IMG/VR virus record: IMGVR_UViG_3300044634_003809
Location: 1 to 61,511 of that record
Direction: 5' to 3' (one strand)
Length of the DNA: 61,511 bases
DNA from: a virus
Taxonomy: Duplodnaviria; Caudoviricetes
Shown here: piece after piece, positions 7,933-18,696 of the stretch
How the letters are laid out: every line of letters begins with the position of its first letter
Position numbering within the stretch: the first letter of the stretch is position 1
Notes under the pieces: model-generated
Databases searched by the model: none
What the model saw: only the letters and a program-made list of their open reading frames with translations
What the model was told of the DNA's origin: nothing
Program-made: the position numbers and the translations under genes

Positions 7933-10900
7933 ATGGCGATTAATCCTCAAAAGTTTTTACCTTCTTCAAAAGGAGGAGCACTAACAAAAATTAATAAGAG
8001 TATTGTTCAAACATCTTCAATTGGATTTTCCGATAAAACAATTAATAATTTTAGTATTGTTCGAGTTAAAGTTATTCAAATAGAAGATATTCTAAAAGGA
8101 TCATTAGCATTAGAAAAGAAAAAATTAACTGAAGAAAAAAAGAAAGATAGTTCTAAAAGACGTGAAAAAATAGAAGAAAAATTAGAAACAAAACCAAAAG
8201 TAGAATCAGGTAGAATCAAAATGCCCAGTCTGCCTAGAATGGGATTCTTGGATTGGGTAAAGAACTTTATTGGTAATGTTATTCTTGGATATTTCGCGGT
8301 TAGATTGGTAGATCATCTACCTAAAATAATTCCTATTGTTAAATTTTTAGGAAAAGCAACTGATTTGATTCTTGGTCTTGGCGGAAAACTTTTAGACGGT
8401 CTTGCTACTTTTGTTGATTGGGGATATAAAGCTGTTGATTTTAGTCGTGGTTTAGTAGGAAAAACTTTTGGTGAAGATGCATTAAAGAACTTTGATAAAC
8501 TTACAAGTGAGTTCCAAAAGTTTATGAATCTTGCCATCATTGTTGGAATGGCAAGTGCTGATTTTGGAATGGATCGCCTAAAGGGTAGAGGTGCAGAAAA
8601 GGCAGCAAAAAAAGGAGCAGGAACACTTGCTAGAAGAGGTGTTGGTAGAGCAGCAACAAGAGCTGCTGCCCGTTTAGGCGGAAAGGGTGCTGCAAAATTA
8701 ACTGCAAAAGTTGGTTCTAAAGCACTTAAAGCAGTTCCATTTTTAGGGGCTGGACTTGCTATTGTTGAAGGTATAATGAGAATTCGTGATGGTGATTATG
8801 TAGGTGGATTGCTTTCTTTTGGAACTGCTATTCCTGTTGCAGGATGGGCATTTTTAGCACTTGATATTGCTCGTGAGTTTATGGGTGGGAAAGAGTTTGA
8901 TAAATCAGTTGGAAGAGCATTTAGTGGAAATTCTGGATTAACTGATAATCAAGTTCAAAAGAGAACACCTCGTTTTTCTGGACCTTCAATCGTCACCGGA
9001 CTTGCTAATGGAGGATTAACCCGAAGTGGAAAAAGACGAGGAAGGGTAAGAAGAAAATTAACAAGTTCTAAAAAAGGAAAATATAAAAGAGCATTGGCAC
9101 CTAAAAAACCAGGAAGGGTTGATGTAAATTCTCCTGGTTCTGCTATTGGAGGAGAGGAAAAAATATTAGGAATATTCCCAAAACCAAAACTTCCTGATGT
9201 TATGAATCCATTTAAAGTGATTGAAAATTTTGCAAAAAATACCACTGGTAGTGATTATTTTGGTCCAATTTTTGGAATTGCTTCCAAGTACTTGTTAGGA
9301 CAAAAACCAACGCAGCAGGACTATAAAAATGTCGGTTTGGGTATTAATATGTTGGTTTCCAAGGGTATAGATGATGGTAAGTTGAAGGGAGGTCTTGTTG
9401 CTGCATTTGCTGAAGGTGGATTTGTTGATCCAAAAACATTAGAGGCTATTTCTCAAGGTGGTGATATTAGTGATTGGGTTGCAAAGGCTTTTAAAGATGC
9501 AACAGAAACAAATGCCCAAAAAACTTTGAGAGAACTACAGAAAAATTTGAATCTTAAGAAACCTGGAGATGAAAAAACACCACCAAGTCCTGATGATATG
9601 GGAGAAGGTGGTGGTGTTCAGGTTTCTAGTGATAGTGAAGATTTTTGGTTGCTTGCAACTGCTGCTTTATTTGAAAACTCTGATCCTCAAGGTGCTGCAG
9701 ATGCAGCACAAGCAATTTATAATAGAGTTGCTATGCCGGGTGATCCTTGGAATGTTGATAATAGTATCAGAAAAGCTATTTTAAATCCTGGACAATTTCA
9801 ACCAGTTTCTGATTATGGCGGTGCTTCTGTTTGGGGTAGAATTAAAACAAAGGAAGATGCCTTGAGATTCATAAAAAATTATGGAAAGTCTCAAGCACAG
9901 TTAGAAACAGTTGCTGCAGCACTATTGGATAAAAATAAACAACAAAGTGCAAGACAATTTGTTGGACCAAGAGATAGTTTTAGATCTTATGATTTTGAAA
10001 ATAAAAAAAATCATCTTGCAGATGAAACTGAAGTTAGAAGACTGGGACACGCATTTGGTTTTGAACCAAGAGGTTCAACAATTGGAATGTTTAAATCTGG
10101 GCAATTAAGTGCTGCTATGGTTAATGCAAATATAACTGGAAATGTAAATCTAAAACCAGGTGATGGAAAATTCATTCAAGGTAATTCTGGTGCATCTGAA
10201 GGAAATCATTTTCACATCGGTACAAATAAACCTGGAGATGGTTCTGGCGTAGCAGCTGCTGGATTTAATGTAATTAAAAACTTCTTAGGTAAAAAATCAA
10301 TTTTTGTAGGAAGATCTAAAGAATTTATACCCGCAAGTGCTACAGATGAACAAATAAGAGGATATATTGCTAGAGGACAAAGAGCACATAGAAAAACGGA
10401 ATTAGATCTTCAAATTGGAGGAGTAGTTGGACCCGGAACTAAAGTTGCATTTCCTTTAGCACTTAAAAATATGAAGTATAGTGATACTGATGGTTATGGA
10501 GTATCTGCTGATATTGTTGGAACAAATGCATTTGTTGGGCACGGAAGGTATAAACCTGACGGGACACTTGCTCCTCAACAAGGAGGGACACGATTTAGTA
10601 TGGGTGCTCCAGATTTTTATGCATTCAGAGGAAAATCTTTTGGTATTGTTCCTAAAGGTGGATTGAGATTAACTCTTCACGATGGGGAAATGTTTAAGGT
10701 TATTGATAAAGATTCTGTAAATCTACTTGGATATGATCTCACAAAAGAAATTATTGATATTGAAAATCAATCTCAACTTATAGCAAAAGCACCATCAATT
10801 ATAGAAAAATTAAAAGTAATTTCTGGATACGCTGATTATGAACAACCCTATTCAAAACCAGAAGTTGTTTATGTTCCTACTGTAATTCTTGGAGAAGTTT

Positions 10901-10989
10901 ATGAATCTTCTGGTTCGCCTGGAAGTTTAGTATCAATGGTTGATGTGGAAGAGTCTGATCCATTTGATTCTCTTTATGTTGGTGGTTAA
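7933..10989 (+). CDS. Tape-measure/hub-like virion protein (paralogue 2) with SleB-type cell-wall hydrolase and M23-like domain
   Basis: N-terminus similar to 5303 (AIN.SKFF / AINPQKFL); AALFE...AQAIYNRV...ILNPGQFQP (Hydrolase_2/SleB); GNSGASEGNHFH (M23 HxH). Confidence 0.65.
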   Translation: MAINPQKFLPSSKGGALTKINKSIVQTSSIGFSDKTINNFSIVRVKVIQIEDILKGSLALEKKKLTEEKKKDSSKRREKIEEKLETKPKVESGRIKMPSLPRMGFLDWVKNFIGNVILGYFAVRLVDHLPKIIPIVKFLGKATDLILGLGGKLLDGLATFVDWGYKAVDFSRGLVGKTFGEDALKNFDKLTSEFQKFMNLAIIVGMASADFGMDRLKGRGAEKAAKKGAGTLARRGVGRAATRAAARLGGKGAAKLTAKVGSKALKAVPFLGAGLAIVEGIMRIRDGDYVGGLLSFGTAIPVAGWAFLALDIAREFMGGKEFDKSVGRAFSGNSGLTDNQVQKRTPRFSGPSIVTGLANGGLTRSGKRRGRVRRKLTSSKKGKYKRALAPKKPGRVDVNSPGSAIGGEEKILGIFPKPKLPDVMNPFKVIENFAKNTTGSDYFGPIFGIASKYLLGQKPTQQDYKNVGLGINMLVSKGIDDGKLKGGLVAAFAEGGFVDPKTLEAISQGGDISDWVAKAFKDATETNAQKTLRELQKNLNLKKPGDEKTPPSPDDMGEGGGVQVSSDSEDFWLLATAALFENSDPQGAADAAQAIYNRVAMPGDPWNVDNSIRKAILNPGQFQPVSDYGGASVWGRIKTKEDALRFIKNYGKSQAQLETVAAALLDKNKQQSARQFVGPRDSFRSYDFENKKNHLADETEVRRLGHAFGFEPRGSTIGMFKSGQLSAAMVNANITGNVNLKPGDGKFIQGNSGASEGNHFHIGTNKPGDGSGVAAAGFNVIKNFLGKKSIFVGRSKEFIPASATDEQIRGYIARGQRAHRKTELDLQIGGVVGPGTKVAFPLALKNMKYSDTDGYGVSADIVGTNAFVGHGRYKPDGTLAPQQGGTRFSMGAPDFYAFRGKSFGIVPKGGLRLTLHDGEMFKVIDKDSVNLLGYDLTKEIIDIENQSQLIAKAPSIIEKLKVISGYADYEQPYSKPEVVYVPTVILGEVYESSGSPGSLVSMVDVEESDPFDSLYVGG

Positions 10990-10992
10990 ATA
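10986..10992 (+). promoter_or_regulatory. Late promoter motif TTAAATA
   Basis: Contains the upstream stop codon; followed by GAGG RBS and ATG 11013. Confidence 0.55.
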
Positions 10993-11012
10993 TAATTAAG
11001 AGGTAATAACAA

Positions 11013-12353
11013 ATGGTAAATTTAATAGCAACTAAATCTGCTGAATCTTCTTATATACAAAGACTAGATGTAGTTTCTAATAAGGATCAAAGTAAAACTG
11101 CTAGTATCGTGAATGGTGCTGTTCGTTTAATGTATTATGAAAGCATCCTTCAAGATAGTATTAAAGCAACTTATACTTTTGCTGATACTGGAAATTCAGT
11201 TGATGATAAAACAGTAGTTGATGGTTTGCCTATTGTTGGCCAAGAAAAAGTATATTTAAAATTTACTGATAATAATGAAAAAACTTTAGATTTGGTTCTT
11301 TATGTGAATAAGGTTTCTCCACTTTCTGAAGACACTACAAAATCTATGATTCAGTTGGAATTAGTTTCTAAAGAATTTATTATGAATGAAAAAGTTAGAT
11401 TGAATGAAAGATTTGATGGAAAAATTTCCGAACATATTAAAAGGATTTTGACTGATAAAAAATATCTTGCAACAGATAAGAAATTAGATATAGAGGAGAC
11501 ATTTAATAATTATAATTTTATCGGAAACAACAGAAAACCTTATTATGCTATGAATTGGTTATCTAAAAAATCTGTGCCTAATTTTTCTGAAGCAAGTGGA
11601 AACACTGCTGGATATTTTTTCTTTGAAACAACAGAAGGATTTAAATTTAAGTCTATAGATTCTTTATTAAGTCAAGAAAAGAAAAAGTCTATTATATTCA
11701 ATCAAACTCCAGACTCTAGAGGAGATAATATTCCCTCTGGGTATGATGTTAAAGCACTTGATTATTATAAAGATAATCGGGTCGATGTTCAAGAAAAATT
11801 AAAAATGGGTGCATTTTCTACTCGAACTGTCTTATTTGACCCATTTAATTGTTATTATGAAGTTATTACTCCTAATGCAAAAGAAAAAGAACAATCTTTA
11901 AAGTTGGGTGGAAAAGAACTTCCTACTTTGAATCCAGAGTTTAATAGGGAAGGTAGTAATAAAGAATTTTCTAGAACTACTTACTACTTATTAGATAAAG
12001 GTACATTGCCTTCGGGTAATACTAAGCAACAACTTAGTAAATCTAAAGAAGAAAATTTTGAGTATAAAAACATATTAAATCAATCAATAATGAGATATAA
12101 TCAACTTTTTTCTTTAAAGAGTACTATCACTATTCCTGGTGATTTTTCACTACACGCTGGTGATGTTGTTTTTGTTGATGCTAAAGAATTATCAATTTAT
12201 GATGAAGAAGTAAATAAGGAATATGGTGGGCTATATATTATAGCAGATTTATGTCACTACATTTCCCCGAAAGAAACTTATACTAAGTTAAATTTAGTCA
12301 GAGATTCTTTTGGTAGAGTTGGCAATCACACATCTGGTAAAATACCATTATGA
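11013..12353 (+). CDS. Baseplate hub / tail protein (gp27-like position and fold)
   Basis: YYESIL, LPIVGQEKV, GYFFFETTEGFKFKSIDSL, ITIPGDFSLHAGDVV, GGLYIIADLCH...LNLVRDSFG; precedes gp5. Confidence 0.7.
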   Translation: MVNLIATKSAESSYIQRLDVVSNKDQSKTASIVNGAVRLMYYESILQDSIKATYTFADTGNSVDDKTVVDGLPIVGQEKVYLKFTDNNEKTLDLVLYVNKVSPLSEDTTKSMIQLELVSKEFIMNEKVRLNERFDGKISEHIKRILTDKKYLATDKKLDIEETFNNYNFIGNNRKPYYAMNWLSKKSVPNFSEASGNTAGYFFFETTEGFKFKSIDSLLSQEKKKSIIFNQTPDSRGDNIPSGYDVKALDYYKDNRVDVQEKLKMGAFSTRTVLFDPFNCYYEVITPNAKEKEQSLKLGGKELPTLNPEFNREGSNKEFSRTTYYLLDKGTLPSGNTKQQLSKSKEENFEYKNILNQSIMRYNQLFSLKSTITIPGDFSLHAGDVVFVDAKELSIYDEEVNKEYGGLYIIADLCHYISPKETYTKLNLVRDSFGRVGNHTSGKIPL

Positions 12354-12568
12354 ACAATAAAAGCCTCCAACAACACATTAATGATGATATAGATGAATTA
12401 AACAATTCTAATGTTAGTAGTCAACGTCGTCGTCATTTGAGCGATGAACTTACTGCACTCGAACAATATCAAGTAAATCATCCAGACGAAGATCACGATC
12501 CAACATCACTTGAATTATATTGCGACTCTCATCCAAATGCTCTTGAATGTAGAATATATGAGGATTGA
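12350..12568 (+). CDS. cp12: CP12 Calvin-cycle inhibitor (auxiliary metabolic gene)
   Basis: C-terminal DPTSLELYCDSHPNALECRIYED with the CP12 C-terminal Cys pair; SSQRRRHLSDEL typical of phage CP12. Confidence 0.93.
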   Translation: MNNKSLQQHINDDIDELNNSNVSSQRRRHLSDELTALEQYQVNHPDEDHDPTSLELYCDSHPNALECRIYED

Positions 12569-12574
12569 TCTGTA

Positions 12575-14500
12575 ATGGAAGGTGGGTCTTTATTTAATCC
12601 TGGATTTTTAGGATCACATTTCTATTGGTGGATAGGTCAGATTGCTGATGATTCCACTTGGAGGGATAATATTGTTCCAGGAAAATTTGAAAATAAAGAT
12701 CAGGTTCCTGGGTGGGGGAGAAGATATAAAGTCCGAATAATTGGATTGCACGATAGAGAAGAAACTACAATTCCTTCTGATCAACTTCCTTGGGCGCAGG
12801 TAATGTATCCAATTACTGCGGGTGGAGGTCAAGCAGCAGCGTCTGCTACATCCAACCTTCGCCAAGGTAATTTTGTTTTTGGGTTCTTTCTTGATGGGCA
12901 AGATCAACAAGTTCCTGTAATAATGGGAGTTCTTGGTAATAATGCCCAGACAGTATTAGGTACTAAGATTGGAGATGATAAAAGTAATTTTTCAGCGACA
13001 AGTGGATTTGCAACTCCAGCAAATGGGGATAAGGATTTAAATATAAAAGTTCCTGCAGAATCTTTAGTTACAAATAAACCAAAGTCTAAAGAACAATCTG
13101 AAGAATGTTCTCCTCCTCCAAATGGAGTTTCTGTAAATCAATTTGGATTAAGATCAGATCTTCCTTTATCTAAAGCGCAGTTTCAAGATCAACAAATAGC
13201 AATAATAGAGGCAGAAGCAAGAATAAATTCTGGATTATTGAGACCAGAAGATCGAGCATCATTTATACAATCTGAAGTAGCAAAGGGAATTAAGAATAGA
13301 TGCAAAGAATCTAATTCTTCAACTTCTCCTTCTCAACCTGGTGCAACTAGAGAGCAACCAGATAACCCACACGAATTAAGTGCCGCAGATGTAATTCGTA
13401 ATGAAAAAATGTTGAGAAAGGTTCCTCTTTCCAGTCCTTGTAAAAAACAAAAAACTGATCTTAAAAATATACAAATAGTAATTGAAAATCTTACAAAAGA
13501 CATTAATAAAGTTCAGCAAGCAGCAAATAGTTATATTGATGCAGTTTCTACAAATTTAAATGAATCTAAATTGCAATCATTGGTAGATTCTGCCGCAGCA
13601 AAAGTTGCCTCTTATATGAAAAGTATCTTTGAGCAAGTAAAGGGATATGTGATTAAAGAAATGAATGCTAAAATTTCTAAAATAGTTGATAAAATATTTC
13701 CAAATCAAAGAAATAAAGTTTTGCGTTTGAAAGATAAAAGTACAAGTAAAATTGTTTGTCTCTTTAATAAAATAGTTGGAAAATTAGTTGGATTAATTGG
13801 ATCATTCTTGGGTAAATTATTCAAAGATGATTCTGGGAATTTTAAAAAAGTTGCACCAGAAGAAGGAACTACTCCAATCGTTCCAATTTGTTCAGTTGAA
13901 CAACTCACTGGAAATGTATTAGGAAATGTAATTCAGGAAATTACTGAAGGTGTAGATGCTGCTGTATCTCCTATCGGAAATTTAGTTTCACAATCTCTGG
14001 GTTCTTATGTTGAATTTGGTGGAAGTACTTCTGGTGATTCTAATACTTTTCCTTTAGAATCTTTATCATATGTTTCTTCCGGATTTGTTTCTGGGAAAAT
14101 TGATTCACTTGCAGGACAATCTTCTAGTTTTATTTTTGGTCAGATTGATTCTGCAACTGGAGCAGTAAGTCAGCCTTTAACTAATGTAGCAACAATATTA
14201 AATCAATCTACATCTTTACTTGATGGAATAACTGGAAATATGACGAGTGCTTTAGGATTTGTAAATTCTATACTTCAATTTTTTAGTTGTGATGAAGAAG
14301 AATCTTGCCCAATCAATGATTATCACACTTTCCAGAATGGTGGAGGTGCATCTAAATCTGTAGATCAACCAATTCTAGATAATGTGTCTAAAAATATAAA
14401 TCAAAATTCAGAAGTTCCAAAGAAAGAAAATCCTTTTGCTCAACCTTCTAAACAAACTGTTTCTGGATTTACTGTTGGTGAAAATTCAAACATTGGATAG
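12575..14500 (+). CDS. gp5: Baseplate hub gp5-like (N-terminal OB fold; no recognisable T4 lysozyme domain)
   Basis: FYWWIGQI, RYKVRIIGLH, DQLPWAQVMYP, VFGFFLDGQDQQVPVIMG. Confidence 0.85.
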   Translation: MEGGSLFNPGFLGSHFYWWIGQIADDSTWRDNIVPGKFENKDQVPGWGRRYKVRIIGLHDREETTIPSDQLPWAQVMYPITAGGGQAAASATSNLRQGNFVFGFFLDGQDQQVPVIMGVLGNNAQTVLGTKIGDDKSNFSATSGFATPANGDKDLNIKVPAESLVTNKPKSKEQSEECSPPPNGVSVNQFGLRSDLPLSKAQFQDQQIAIIEAEARINSGLLRPEDRASFIQSEVAKGIKNRCKESNSSTSPSQPGATREQPDNPHELSAADVIRNEKMLRKVPLSSPCKKQKTDLKNIQIVIENLTKDINKVQQAANSYIDAVSTNLNESKLQSLVDSAAAKVASYMKSIFEQVKGYVIKEMNAKISKIVDKIFPNQRNKVLRLKDKSTSKIVCLFNKIVGKLVGLIGSFLGKLFKDDSGNFKKVAPEEGTTPIVPICSVEQLTGNVLGNVIQEITEGVDAAVSPIGNLVSQSLGSYVEFGGSTSGDSNTFPLESLSYVSSGFVSGKIDSLAGQSSSFIFGQIDSATGAVSQPLTNVATILNQSTSLLDGITGNMTSALGFVNSILQFFSCDEEESCPINDYHTFQNGGGASKSVDQPILDNVSKNINQNSEVPKKENPFAQPSKQTVSGFTVGENSNIG

Positions 14501-14505
14501 TTATA

Positions 14506-14512
14506 CTAAATA
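14506..14512 (+). promoter_or_regulatory. Late promoter motif CTAAATA
   Basis: Intergenic, upstream of ATG 14552. Confidence 0.55.
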
Positions 14513-14551
14513 CTTCTAATAAAAGAACGAAAATAACAAGATCAATATTAT

Positions 14552-17500
14552 ATGGCAAGACAAAGCAGTTTATTAGGACCAACACCAAAATCTGCCATAA
14601 CTGTTGGATATATTGATCCTACTTTAGGATATATTGATAACGTTTCTATTAATGATGCAAACAAGTATGCTCAAGTAAATCCAGGAACTGTTTTTATTTT
14701 CTTTGATGGTAATAATAATTTAAGATTTTTAACAATCACTGAAGTAAATTCTTTAACTTATTCTGATCTAATTTCTACTGATAAGTGTAATGATAAACCA
14801 CAAAAATGTGGTCCTCCTATTATTAATTTTTTCGGAGGTGGTGGCGTAGGGGCATCTGCAAATCCTATTATAGGTGCAGATGGATCTTTACTTGCGGTTG
14901 ATGTAGTTTCTGGTGGTTTTGGATATAAATTTCCACCTAAAGTTTCTGCCGAAGATTTGTGTCAGTTTGGAAGTGGTGCGGTATTAAGGTCTTCTTTAGG
15001 AGAAACTGCTACTATTTTAGAAACTTATGAAGACGAAGAAGATTTTGAAGAATATGTAATAGAAGAAGAAGAGGGTAATGGTATAGTTGAATGGGGACCT
15101 GATGGAGAAATTTTAGGTCAATGGAATGCAGATAGTTATGATTTTAATAATGAAAATGATCCAATTGCAGATGAGATTAAAAAATATCAAAAAGTTCTCA
15201 TAGAAAAACCTTTTTGGACTACTAGAAAAAATAAACCATCCAAAATAACTTCTTTGGATGAATCTTATAATTCATATGATGTTACTCATCCTTCTTGGAA
15301 TGAGTTTATGAATAAGTATGCAATTTCTCCAGTACCATCTTCGGATTTTTCTGGAAGTGATTATTCTGGAAGAGTATTTACTTTCGAATGGATAGAAGAA
15401 TTTCCTTATGATGGTCAATATACTTTTAAGGGACTTTGTGATAACATATCAAAAGTTTATCTTGATGATTCTTTACTTGTAGATAATCTAAATGGTTTTG
15501 ATTCCCCAGTATCATCTTTTGCTGCAAATATTACAGAAGGTTTTCACGTAATTAGAGTTGATTTATTAAATATTCCTATTCCACAAACATCTACTCCCAA
15601 TAGTTCTTCAAACAATACTCAAGTATCGAAAATAAATCCAAAATTTATAAAAAAAGGAAAGGATTTTTTTATAGAAGTTGAAGGAACTGGAACAGGTAAA
15701 GTAACTATTTTAGTTGATATAAATGATTCTCCTGGAATTGCTGGAGTTGCTGCAAAACAAATCATAATACCGTCAAATGATGGTGATCTAAAATTTACTA
15801 GAACAGGATATTCTTCATCTAATATAGAATCTTTTGTTGTTCCTAATGAAAGTATAAAAAAAACTGCTAGATTTACTGGAGGAAAAACTTATGGTCCGAT
15901 TAAAATTATTGGAGCATCAATAAATGTTCCTGAACCGGAAGTAAAAAATAATAATAAAATTGCATTATATGATGCAGATGGAACAGATCAAAATATTCAA
16001 GTGACTATTGCTGATGTTGTTAATGAGCAAAATTCATTAAAGGTAAATGGGATAGAAGTACTCAAAGATACATCAAATGAACCAACATCATATCAAATAC
16101 CTACAGTAAAGTTTGTTCAGAAAAATAATCAATACTATATTCAAGTATCTGGAAATGGTGAAGTTAAAGCAAAGATTAAAATGGATGTTAATGATAGTCC
16201 ATACATTGCTGATATTGCTGCATCTGAAATAATTTTACCAACAGATACCGGAAATGTATCTTTTAAAAGGACCAAACTATCTCAAATAGATACTTTTACT
16301 TCTTCGTTTGTTTCTTACATAAAAGAGGAAACGATAACAAAAAATGTAAGTTTCACTGGTGGTAGATTATATGGTCCAATACAGATTTTGGGTAGTAGTT
16401 CTACTCAAAAAATAAATGGATCAAGAAGATTAGATCTATATGATCTAGATGGAAATGATGCAAATATTAAATTTGAAATTTTTAGTATAAACCCAATTAA
16501 ATCTAAAGAGACATCAATATCGGTTGGAACTGTAATATCTTCGGCATCTTGGAACACAAATCCAATGGGTATTTCTATGTCCATAGATGCTCCTGATCCT
16601 CCAATTCCAGTAGAACCAATACCAAAACAAACTGGAAGATGTCCTTCTAATCCAATATGGTCTACAAGATTTTCTGGAGCAACTTCAAGTTGGTACCCTG
16701 TTAAATATGAAGTTCCAAATACCTGGAGCAACTTTATGAACAGGTATGCGGTTTCTCCAGTTCCACCTTCAAGTGACCCTGGAAGTGATCAGTCAGGAAT
16801 AACTTTTTCTAATACTTGGAACGTTAATATTCCATATGATGGATTTTATGCATTAAAAGGAACTGCTGATAATTCGGGAAAGGTATATGTTGATGGAATT
16901 TTAGTAACATCATTAAATGGATTTACTACAAATAATCCTACAATTAATAAAGTCTTTCTTACAGAAGGACCTCATACAATTACCGTTGAGGTTTTAAATT
17001 TTCCTCAAGATGTTTTAAATGTAATTGATAAAAAAATATTCAGTACTCAAGATTGGAGATCTCCGACAAAATCTGATTTTGTTGATGTTGTTTTTAGAGT
17101 TTATGGTGAGGGTAGAAATAGTAATAAAATGAAATTTTCATTTTCTTCAGAAGATAATTCTAGTACATTTACTATTAATGGTGCATATTCTTCTGGGACT
17201 TATAGAAAAGAAACAATTAAAGTAAAAGCAAATACTACTTACAAGGTTGTTGCTACATCTTCTCTTGGTACCGTAGAACAGGGAACTATTTCGAATGGTA
17301 CGAAAAATAAAGAAGGCGGACTCCAAAATTCAAATCGTATTTTTGGTGACCGTATTGCATCTGATAATGATAATGATGATATGCAAATTACTGTAGAGTC
17401 TGGTATATTCATACCTTCCAATAAAAGAAATGCAAAAAATAGTGGTAGAAGTACATATGATCTCACCTTTAGAGTTGATTCTCAAAATTTAACTTCAGTT

Positions 17501-18664
17501 GAAAATATTGGTGGAGTCAGTTATTCTGGTCCTCCATTATTTGCTCATCAAGATAGATCTTGGAGTAATAATTTTATGAATAATTACTCCGTTTCTCCAA
17601 AAGTTTTTACTGATATATCACAACCAGAAAATCCAGTAATAGGAAAATATACTTTAACTTGGAGTAATGTTGATTTTCCAGAAAGCGGTACATATAAAAT
17701 AAATTTTCAGGCAGATAATGTAGGAATTCTAAAAATAGACGAACAAACAATAGCAACATCTACTGATTTTTCAGGAAATCCTATCCAATATATTGCAAAT
17801 GTGACTCAAGGAAAGCACACAGTGAGTGTTGAACTTGAAAATGTCCAAAGACCTTTGGATAATAAAAATTCTTTTATATTTAAAAATAATCCAATGGGAA
17901 CAGCTATACATATAACCAAAGATGTTAGCGTTCTTAATCCAAATGCTGCTTCTTGGGCAAGATCAAATCCAATTGGAGTTTCTGCAGTTCTTATATCTCC
18001 TCCTTGCCCCAAAGAAATTGGTGGTAAAGGAGTTGTTAATGAGGTAATAGTTGAAGATCCCGGAAATGGATATCTGCCTCCAGACCCTACGGGGCAGACC
18101 TATCCAGTAACTCTTGAATTGGCTGATGTTATTGTAACAAATCCTGGAATTAATTATAGTTGTGGAATTGATGAAATAAAAATAGTCCCAGACAATGGTG
18201 CTAAACTATCATATGTTTGTGATTCTTTTGGTAGAATTTCAGATGTTGTTGTGAATGAACCTGGAATAGGTTTTACTTCATATCCAAATATTTTTATGCA
18301 GTCTCCTACACAACCCACTGGTGTTAATGCTTCGTTTGTTCCAGTTTTTAGAGTTGTGAGAGATCCTATAGAAGTTCCTGAAGATAGATTGATTCAGGTT
18401 ACTGATTTGGTGGGTCTTAAACAGACTGGATATGTTGATGGTCGTGCTTACTATGGTGCTGTTTATTATGATAATGGAGTTAGATATGCTGGTTATTATA
18501 AGACAACTGGAACTCAAACTATAGTTTATGATACTTTACAAGAAAGTATAACTGCTAATATAATTACTCCTCCAAGTGCTATTGAAGTTTCTGGAACTGA
18601 TGTTTCATCCAATGATCCAACATTGAACATCCCAAGAACACTAAGAACAACAACGGAATTATGA
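14552..18664 (+). CDS. Large virion structural protein with three PA14-like domains
   Basis: Three copies of W-x-x-FMN-x-Y-x-(I/V)SP followed by (F/I)PxxGxYxxxxxxDN...GxHxxxVxxxN; duplicated insert domain (NDSP...FTGG..YGPI.I.G); GxGY baseplate-type repeats at both ends. Confidence 0.65.
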   Translation: MARQSSLLGPTPKSAITVGYIDPTLGYIDNVSINDANKYAQVNPGTVFIFFDGNNNLRFLTITEVNSLTYSDLISTDKCNDKPQKCGPPIINFFGGGGVGASANPIIGADGSLLAVDVVSGGFGYKFPPKVSAEDLCQFGSGAVLRSSLGETATILETYEDEEDFEEYVIEEEEGNGIVEWGPDGEILGQWNADSYDFNNENDPIADEIKKYQKVLIEKPFWTTRKNKPSKITSLDESYNSYDVTHPSWNEFMNKYAISPVPSSDFSGSDYSGRVFTFEWIEEFPYDGQYTFKGLCDNISKVYLDDSLLVDNLNGFDSPVSSFAANITEGFHVIRVDLLNIPIPQTSTPNSSSNNTQVSKINPKFIKKGKDFFIEVEGTGTGKVTILVDINDSPGIAGVAAKQIIIPSNDGDLKFTRTGYSSSNIESFVVPNESIKKTARFTGGKTYGPIKIIGASINVPEPEVKNNNKIALYDADGTDQNIQVTIADVVNEQNSLKVNGIEVLKDTSNEPTSYQIPTVKFVQKNNQYYIQVSGNGEVKAKIKMDVNDSPYIADIAASEIILPTDTGNVSFKRTKLSQIDTFTSSFVSYIKEETITKNVSFTGGRLYGPIQILGSSSTQKINGSRRLDLYDLDGNDANIKFEIFSINPIKSKETSISVGTVISSASWNTNPMGISMSIDAPDPPIPVEPIPKQTGRCPSNPIWSTRFSGATSSWYPVKYEVPNTWSNFMNRYAVSPVPPSSDPGSDQSGITFSNTWNVNIPYDGFYALKGTADNSGKVYVDGILVTSLNGFTTNNPTINKVFLTEGPHTITVEVLNFPQDVLNVIDKKIFSTQDWRSPTKSDFVDVVFRVYGEGRNSNKMKFSFSSEDNSSTFTINGAYSSGTYRKETIKVKANTTYKVVATSSLGTVEQGTISNGTKNKEGGLQNSNRIFGDRIASDNDNDDMQITVESGIFIPSNKRNAKNSGRSTYDLTFRVDSQNLTSVENIGGVSYSGPPLFAHQDRSWSNNFMNNYSVSPKVFTDISQPENPVIGKYTLTWSNVDFPESGTYKINFQADNVGILKIDEQTIATSTDFSGNPIQYIANVTQGKHTVSVELENVQRPLDNKNSFIFKNNPMGTAIHITKDVSVLNPNAASWARSNPIGVSAVLISPPCPKEIGGKGVVNEVIVEDPGNGYLPPDPTGQTYPVTLELADVIVTNPGINYSCGIDEIKIVPDNGAKLSYVCDSFGRISDVVVNEPGIGFTSYPNIFMQSPTQPTGVNASFVPVFRVVRDPIEVPEDRLIQVTDLVGLKQTGYVDGRAYYGAVYYDNGVRYAGYYKTTGTQTIVYDTLQESITANIITPPSAIEVSGTDVSSNDPTLNIPRTLRTTTEL

Positions 18665-18666
18665 TG

Positions 18667-18673
18667 GTAAATA
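18667..18673 (+). promoter_or_regulatory. Possible late promoter motif GTAAATA
   Basis: Intergenic, 23 nt upstream of ATG 18697. Confidence 0.45.
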
Positions 18674-18696
18674 GTATTATAATTTATAATTTATAA

